From the NCBI GenBank assembly GCA_964563085.1, contig CAZLVS010000002.1, positions 62 through 64,061 on the forward strand: a stretch of DNA of 64,000 nt, given 5' to 3'. This DNA is from an uncultured Ignavibacteria bacterium (GTDB lineage Bacteria > Zixibacteria > MSB-5A5 > UM-FILTER-46-8). Each line of letters starts with the position of its first letter. Position 1 is the stretch's first letter. The notes beneath the pieces were generated by a model, which saw only the letters and a program-made list of their open reading frames with translations, made no database searches and was not told the DNA's origin. Shown piece by piece: positions 58,701 through 64,000 of the stretch. Made by a program: the position numbers and the translations under genes.

Positions 58701-59840
58701 ATCCCCCATCACCGTATATTCCCGACGTTCAATGGCGCCGACATCCCCGCAAAATGCTCTTCCCGCGTTAATGCCGATTTTATGCTGTATATCCCAACCG
58801 GTTTCTGCGTTTATCTCATTTAATCCTTTCTGCATACTCAGCGCCGCCCGTAGTGCCCGGGCTTCGTCATCCTGATGCGCTTTAACCGCGCCGAAAACCG
58901 CCAGTATTTTATCTCCCTTACTATAGCAATCGACGCGGGTGATGACGCCGCCCATCGATGAGATCGACTCGTTAACCATCCGGTAATACTTATCCAGGCG
59001 CTCTTTCAATTCCTCGGGCGCCTCCAGAAAACTATTCCCGGGTATAGTATAATTGACGAACATTATTGTGATACGTCTGTGTTCGGCGGATATCCAGCCA
59101 TCGCGCCCGGTTGAGAGCTTATCATGCAAACCGGATGGTAGGAATTTGCTGAGCATATCGATATTGCAGTCGGAAGGGATGAGTTGGGCGATCTGATTGT
59201 CGATAGCCCGGAATTCGGATTCGGGTTCAATAATAATATACTTATTATCATTTCTGCGCTGCTCGATATAGTCCTCAACCATCCCGCAGAACTCTCGCGT
59301 GGCTCCAACCTGTTCGCCTTCCGCGAAATCAGCGGCATTGAAGACCTCGTTTAGGGCATCTCCGGTCACAAGATGCTCTAATTTCGTTTCGGGATCGCCG
59401 ATCTCCGCGGAGAAAAACTTCCCGTAATGCAACCCGGTATGAAGCGTGAGGTCGAATTTCCCCGCGGAGGTTTTCACGGTTTTGTTTGCCATTGCCCAAT
59501 CGTTTATTTTGAATGCGGCTCTGGCTGCCGCCTCGGGTCTTTCGAAATACACCAAGGTCGCATCGCCGCCGAATTTCAATATATCTCCGCCGTTATCCAG
59601 AATCACTGATATCATTCCGCTTAGGTGTCTGTTAATAACCTGCGTGAGTTCCTCGGAACCGCTTTTTCCGGTAGTAGCCAATTTCTCCGAGATCGCCGTA
59701 AATCCCGAGATATCGGCAAACATCAGGGCGCCTTCCAGAATATCGATCACGGAAGAGAAATCAGCGCTTCGCGGTGCGTTGATGATGAGTCTCGGAAGAT
59801 AGGGTTTAATCTTGTTTAAGGCTTCCGGAATATCTTTCAT
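55710..59840 (-). CDS. class III adenylate/guanylate cyclase with tandem cyclase domains, STAND-type ATPase and TPRs (soluble-AC-like)
   Basis: FADISGFT..KFGGDA, GDDVNLAARLM, GEAGIGKS, LEDIHWID and GNPFY motifs; TPR array. Confidence 0.92.
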   Translation of the reverse strand: MKDIPEALNKIKPYLPRLIINAPRSADFSSVIDILEGALMFADISGFTAISEKLATTGKSGSEELTQVINRHLSGMISVILDNGGDILKFGGDATLVYFERPEAAARAAFKINDWAMANKTVKTSAGKFDLTLHTGLHYGKFFSAEIGDPETKLEHLVTGDALNEVFNAADFAEGEQVGATREFCGMVEDYIEQRRNDNKYIIIEPESEFRAIDNQIAQLIPSDCNIDMLSKFLPSGLHDKLSTGRDGWISAEHRRITIMFVNYTIPGNSFLEAPEELKERLDKYYRMVNESISSMGGVITRVDCYSKGDKILAVFGAVKAHQDDEARALRAALSMQKGLNEINAETGWDIQHKIGINAGRAFCGDVGAIERREYTVMGDDVNLAARLMSKAETNSILLGEKVKSKLDNLKVDSAGEVTVKGKSNPIPVYTVSDESDEETDLVNEALSAHSGPMVGRKKETQKLIENIEQTLRGEFRSVVIQGEAGIGKSRLTARFLELAEQKGIPGFIGACQSYGSAIPFLPWKPIFEKILHVKGKDFDRELLHEISSGASLSGWEPTLNDILELGLPETAETTNLDTRIRHQRLFDLLHAILRYQANNRQYYVILEDIHWIDETSFEFLNYIFEEEPIKGLMIVSVTRPENKIENSVAYRQSSLINLEALPPEESTELIVSMLNIPDIPEEVQKIVVERAQGNPFYAGEIIRSLIDNGFIQTDEDTGYLSFVGDMKNLELPDNINSLVLSRIDRLPEASKDVIKTAAVIGRSFDLNLLESIFPYKVSRDALIDHLSKLASLDLTPIDNQGANPGYIFKHIMTQEVAYQCQSFSEREKLHGRVGERLENKYRDNLHSHLELLAHHYSHSSRKDKAFKYLIEAGDKAVSIFANGEAIRFYSSAEKMFNRPGRLPNYIDSDKVCHVIKAKANVYLRTGSYDDAEQAFEQLKGKLKRWKMNQQVPIILNFIAESRWLKGEYGSALRSAQTGLRLSEKSSNLAGKASSVFSIAEVARRKGDFKTAAEKFRIAAEIYREIDDDNEIASSLNSLGITLWALGELDEALSIYMQALEIRSKLSDIEGEAKILNNLGLIYLDTGKIDLAMENIRKAADAFERVGDRRNRSYCLGNIGYVSKNLANYSDAEEAFTEALKVLERIGDTAGTAYTYSNLGDLYLQMYQPRLALENHGKAMELAKSLGDEELITELLAGYAFDKLALGDIEDAHRDALEATEIGERIGARIYTIKALSALMDTFSYRKDQNAAAYAEKLESLAEDDFSEYGAYAFLSLGKFYQSINRKSKAREMLQIALERAAKGGYRQLEWESRYIIGSLLTSDSTNREFLKLGTQEINSARELIEETASKIKPREMADSFRSAEPIKRVLDSATA

Positions 59841-59847
59841 GACAATT

Positions 59848-60195
59848 TTAACCCACGAGTATATATCTAAATATTACCAGCAGAAAAATATGCAGTGATT
59901 GATCGACATAATAAAGCTGGGTCGGACCGGATATCCTGCTTTTGACATAATCTTGAGCCCAGTGAGTAGCGAAAAGAATAGCCGCCAGGCAAATAAGCAA
60001 TGTCGCCGGAGGATGATTACTAAATCCCTCCAGTATCCAGAACAGTGTGAACGCTAATGCGATAGTGATTGTATATGTGAAGACATGGAGGGTCAAAGTC
60101 CCCACAGAGCTTTTCTTCATAGCCGCCATTCGGTCGCTTTGCAGACCATAATCCCCCACGTAATGCCCGATTAAAAGAAATATTATCAGATCCAT
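59848..60195 (-). CDS. DUF3307 family membrane protein
   Basis: HYVGDYGLQ, H, HWAQD and DQSLH motifs. Confidence 0.85.
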   Translation of the reverse strand: MDLIIFLLIGHYVGDYGLQSDRMAAMKKSSVGTLTLHVFTYTITIALAFTLFWILEGFSNHPPATLLICLAAILFATHWAQDYVKSRISGPTQLYYVDQSLHIFLLVIFRYILVG

Positions 60196-60213
60196 CGTCG
60201 ATGTTCAGGTGCT

Positions 60214-61839
60214 TCAGTTGGTTTTCTGTAACTCTTTTTCGGATTCCATTGACGTCGTATCACCGGCGGTTCTTGATATCGGGAGTTTTATTATGAACTC
60301 GGTTCCCACTCCCTTTTCGCTCTCGACCTTCACGGTTCCCTTGTGCACCTTGGTTACATTGTTAATCGTGATCAGACCGAAACCATGACCGCTGGATTTG
60401 GTTGTAAAGCTCTGTTTGAATGCCCGTTCCTTTTCATCCGGAGACATTCCCGGACCGTTATCACTCACACAGAATTCAATGCAATTTTCCTGATCAAGAA
60501 GTCTGGTAATGACGTCAATCTTGCCATCATTTCGATTGGCGTTATTCAAGGCGTCTGCCGCATTGTTAAGCAGATTATACAGAATTTGCTGCAATCCCGC
60601 CGGGTCGGCATCGATTGTTTCGATCCTCTCATCGAAATCGGATGTAATCTGAATCCTACGGAACCGTTTCTGCGGCCTCAGGAATGCCAATTCCGCTTCT
60701 AAGAATTTATTTAGCTCGACATCCGTGAACTCGTATTGCGGTTGAGCAAAACTCATCAGTCCATTGGTAAACATGGTCATTCTCTCTATCGCCGTGCGCA
60801 TGGCGTTCATTTTCTTTTCAAGCGCTTCGTTTTTTACATCCTCCAGATCGAAAGTCATCAGTTCGAGATTTCCGCTCAGCACCGATATGTAGTTATTTAA
60901 CTCGTGGGCAACCTCTCCCGCCATCTGTCCACGCGCCGCCATGCGATCCAGGGTCTGCGCCTGTCTCTCCAATTCCTTTGACTCCGTAATGTCGCGGCTC
61001 AAGTATAGTATGCCTATAAGTTTATCATTAGCCCCGATTATATTACAGGCAGTTAGCTCCTGGATAAATTCATCACCGTTCTTTCTTACGCCAAGAACCT
61101 CGCCATGGTATGTTTCATTTTTCTTTAGATGATTGTCGATTGAAACTTTGGTTTCGGTCGGGCAGTTGGGAGAGATGAGTGCATCCATGTTTTTCCCGCG
61201 TATTTCATCATAGGAATATCCGTAGATATCGCGAGCTACTTGATTAAAGATATAAATCACTCCATTCTTATCCGTCACCACTACGATATCCGGAGAAACT
61301 GATATGATTCTCTCCAGAAATTTTTTGGTTCGGTTCAACCGACGGTTTGAATCTTCCAGTTCCTTGCTTATTTTCTCCAGAGATACATTTTTCTCTTTTA
61401 AATCCTTTATAGCCTGTATATCGGATTGGCGCAGCCTGGAAGCTAAAACTCCCATTATTTCGAATGCGACAATAGGGACTTCATATAACAGCGAAATAAA
61501 TGCCGCCTTGGAAAGCTCCAATATATGGCTTTCGGTGGAAACGCGAGCGGTGGCGAATCGAGGGCTGTTTTCCAACAGCGCCATTTCGCCGAAGAAATCT
61601 CCGGAACGCCGCATGGCTAAGGTCACCTTTTCCCTGCCTTCGTCATCCTCCTTGATTATCTCCACACAGCCTTTTTTGATAATATAAAAGGTATCTCCGA
61701 AGCTGTTTTCGCGGAACAGGATATCACCGTCGCGATATGTCTTTTCCTCGATAAAACTCTCTAATTTCTCAAGACTTTCATCATCGAACTTCGAAAATAG
61801 CGGAACTAATTTTAATACTTCCTTGGTAGGTCGGTCCAT
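60214..61839 (-). CDS. cNMP-binding/PAS sensor histidine kinase
   Basis: FFGEMALL..PR.ATA cNMP domain, PAS, AHELNN, NLLNNA, DNGPG, FTTK and G.GL motifs. Confidence 0.92.
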   Translation of the reverse strand: MDRPTKEVLKLVPLFSKFDDESLEKLESFIEEKTYRDGDILFRENSFGDTFYIIKKGCVEIIKEDDEGREKVTLAMRRSGDFFGEMALLENSPRFATARVSTESHILELSKAAFISLLYEVPIVAFEIMGVLASRLRQSDIQAIKDLKEKNVSLEKISKELEDSNRRLNRTKKFLERIISVSPDIVVVTDKNGVIYIFNQVARDIYGYSYDEIRGKNMDALISPNCPTETKVSIDNHLKKNETYHGEVLGVRKNGDEFIQELTACNIIGANDKLIGILYLSRDITESKELERQAQTLDRMAARGQMAGEVAHELNNYISVLSGNLELMTFDLEDVKNEALEKKMNAMRTAIERMTMFTNGLMSFAQPQYEFTDVELNKFLEAELAFLRPQKRFRRIQITSDFDERIETIDADPAGLQQILYNLLNNAADALNNANRNDGKIDVITRLLDQENCIEFCVSDNGPGMSPDEKERAFKQSFTTKSSGHGFGLITINNVTKVHKGTVKVESEKGVGTEFIIKLPISRTAGDTTSMESEKELQKTN

Positions 61840-62175
61840 ATTGCTTTCCGATTAATACCTGTTTTCATTTGAAATTCTCTATTGTTTTATCGACAGAAAT
61901 ATCAAATTCCTTACAGGAACGGCTATTGCCGCTTGCTTTTCCTGCGGATCGCGATTTTCCGATTTTCAATGCGATTATCCAAGAAACATTGGATTCTTCG
62001 TGCCGATAAACTAATCGCTTACAGCGCCTGATAATACCCGGGTTTCCATCTTCTCCGCGAATCGCGCTAAATCCATGTCGAAACAATCCAATCTGTTTTA
62101 TTCCATTGAGTTTTGCACTATATTACTTAGTAATATACAATTCGTAGTATCAAGATTGGCTCAGACTGTAGAAAA

Positions 62176-62706
62176 ATGAAAAAGGAAAATATCCTGATCA
62201 CCGGCATTCCCGGGGTTGGCAAAACCACATTAATATGCAGATTAGCGGAAACACTTAAGGATATGAATCCGGTCGGTTTCTACACCGAAGAAATTCGCGA
62301 AAAAGGCGTCAGGAAGGGATTCAAATTGGTATCTCTTGGCGGCGCTGAGAGTATCCTTTCACACGTGGATATCGATAGCAGCAAGCGCGTCGGGAAATAC
62401 GGGGTTGATGTAAGCCGATTCGAATCTTTCCTTGATAATATTGATTTTTTTAGTTCTGATGCCGGATTGATTGTCATCGATGAAATCGGTAAGATGGAAT
62501 GTAAATCGCGGGAATTCCTTCGGTTAATTGACGAGGTCCTCGATTCCCGGAAATCCGTATTAGCCACTATAGCGCGTAAAGGAGACGGACTTATTGATGA
62601 TATCAAGAAACGTTCAGATGTTCATTTAGTCGAGATAACCGTGAAAAATCGGGATACGGTTCATGTAGAACTTTCACGATTGCTTAGAATAACCTTGGAA
62701 AAATAA
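62176..62706 (+). CDS. THEP1-type nucleoside-triphosphatase
   Basis: ITGIPGVGKTT, GFYTEE.R, VGKY.V and IDEIGKME motifs. Confidence 0.92.
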   Translation: MKKENILITGIPGVGKTTLICRLAETLKDMNPVGFYTEEIREKGVRKGFKLVSLGGAESILSHVDIDSSKRVGKYGVDVSRFESFLDNIDFFSSDAGLIVIDEIGKMECKSREFLRLIDEVLDSRKSVLATIARKGDGLIDDIKKRSDVHLVEITVKNRDTVHVELSRLLRITLEK

Positions 62707-62772
62707 GGAAAACACATTATTTTGAAATATTGATATTTTAATTTTCTTCATGCAATAAGAAAGGCGTAGATT

Positions 62773-64000
62773 ATGAGCTCAAGATTATTGACTTTCCTTT
62801 TTCTTATCCTCTTTTTCTCCATTTTAGCGCAGCAAGCATTCTCGTATGAGATAGGACACACCACCATAACTTTTTATGATCCGGACCGGAACAATCGTGC
62901 GATTCAAACCGAGATTTACTATCCTGCCGAGCAGCCGGGTAACGATGTTCCGGTTGCGATTCCCGAAGGCGATGGATTTCCGACGGTGGCATTCGGCCAT
63001 GGTTATATTATGGTATGGAGCGCTTATCAAAACGTATGGGAAGGTGTCGTTCCCGAAGGATATATAGCGATTTTCCCGCGCACCGAAGGGGAGGTGTTTC
63101 CCGACCATCTCGATTTTGGATTGGATTTAGCATTTCTTGTAGATGCGATGCAAGCGGAAGGCGAGGATTCCACCTCGATATTTTTCGAGAAAGTTGCTTC
63201 GACATCGGCGGTGTCCGGACATTCGATGGGCGGCGGAGCCAGCGTACTCGCCGCTGAAGCCAATCAGAATGCCGCAGCGGTATTTAATCTTGCCGCAGCG
63301 GAAACCAATCCATCGGCTATCGCCGCAGCCGAAAATGTTACCGCCCCAACGCTGCTGTTCGCCGGCTCCGACGATTGCGTTACGCCGCCAGAAGATCACC
63401 AAATACCGATGTACAACGCATTTGCATCCGATTGCAAAACCTATATAGGAATCATAGGCGCAAGCCATTGTCAATTCGCAGAATATAATTTCAATTGCTC
63501 TCTGGGCGAAATCTTTTGCCCCTCTCCGGGAATTAACCGCGCACAACAGCATGAGATAATAAACAGTTATTTAATTCCATGGTTGAATTTTATGCTCAAG
63601 GATGATTTGGAATCCTGGTATCGATTCCAGGCTCTGCTTATCAGCGGTGATGATATAACCTATCAACAGGAATGCGACATACCTTCCGAGCTTAGTATAG
63701 ATATGATTCCCGATAATCCGCCTGTGATTGTACCTGCGGGAGGATCATTTACATTCACCGGAATATTGGCAAATAATTCCGACCAGGCTCAGACCACTGA
63801 TGTCTGGATTATGATCGATGTTCCCAACTACGGTCTGTACGGACCGGTTAAACGGTTCAATAATATATCGCTTTCACCTGATCAGACTATAAGCGTTAAT
63901 GGTATAAACCAATCGGTTCCTATGAACGCGCCGGCTGGGGATTACGATTACAATGTCTACTGCGGAGATTACCCCGCCTCGGTTATCGATTGGGCAACCT
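62773..64000 (+). CDS. secreted chlorophyllase/cutinase-like alpha/beta hydrolase with pre-CTD domain (runs off the window; absent from ORF track)
   Basis: Manual translation: MSSRLLTFLFL.. signal, FGHGY, GHSMGGG, GSDD, GASHC, then LSIDMIPDNPPVIVPAGG. Confidence 0.88.
   Translation, partial: MSSRLLTFLFLILFFSILAQQAFSYEIGHTTITFYDPDRNNRAIQTEIYYPAEQPGNDVPVAIPEGDGFPTVAFGHGYIMVWSAYQNVWEGVVPEGYIAIFPRTEGEVFPDHLDFGLDLAFLVDAMQAEGEDSTSIFFEKVASTSAVSGHSMGGGASVLAAEANQNAAAVFNLAAAETNPSAIAAAENVTAPTLLFAGSDDCVTPPEDHQIPMYNAFASDCKTYIGIIGASHCQFAEYNFNCSLGEIFCPSPGINRAQQHEIINSYLIPWLNFMLKDDLESWYRFQALLISGDDITYQQECDIPSELSIDMIPDNPPVIVPAGGSFTFTGILANNSDQAQTTDVWIMIDVPNYGLYGPVKRFNNISLSPDQTISVNGINQSVPMNAPAGDYDYNVYCGDYPASVIDWAT

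Overview
Chromosomal window from an FCB-group bacterium. The many secreted proteins ending in a NYPNPFN...KRMTLLK type-A T9SS-like C-terminal domain (CTD) fit Zixibacteria or a relative (inference). Housekeeping and metabolic genes: glycosyltransferases, dinB-like, sixA, Ca-type P-ATPase, ATP-type PEPCK-like, Rrf2-dsrMK-like, parA-parB-M23-bactofilin, moxR, a thiamine-salvage operon, tgt, pgsA-like plus HAD, mutM and an NTPase. These are interleaved with about ten CTD-bearing exoproteins. No rRNA, tRNA or CRISPR array was seen. Main leads: (1) a His-rich membrane leader ending in the RAPP arrest motif, under tandem DtxR-type boxes, upstream of a TonB-dependent receptor; (2) a four-gene unknown membrane complex (DUF6754-like) behind a cNMP-histidine kinase / DUF3307 / soluble-adenylyl-cyclase-like STAND module; (3) a recurring ~110-aa pre-CTD domain, with evidence of cargo swapping between near-identical signal-peptide and CTD cassettes; (4) a 164-165 bp MITE-like repeat (7 full copies) that wraps two GTAG REP hairpins in terminal inverted repeats; (5) a DnaA-box cluster after parAB. 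All family calls come from motif recognition by eye, not database searches.
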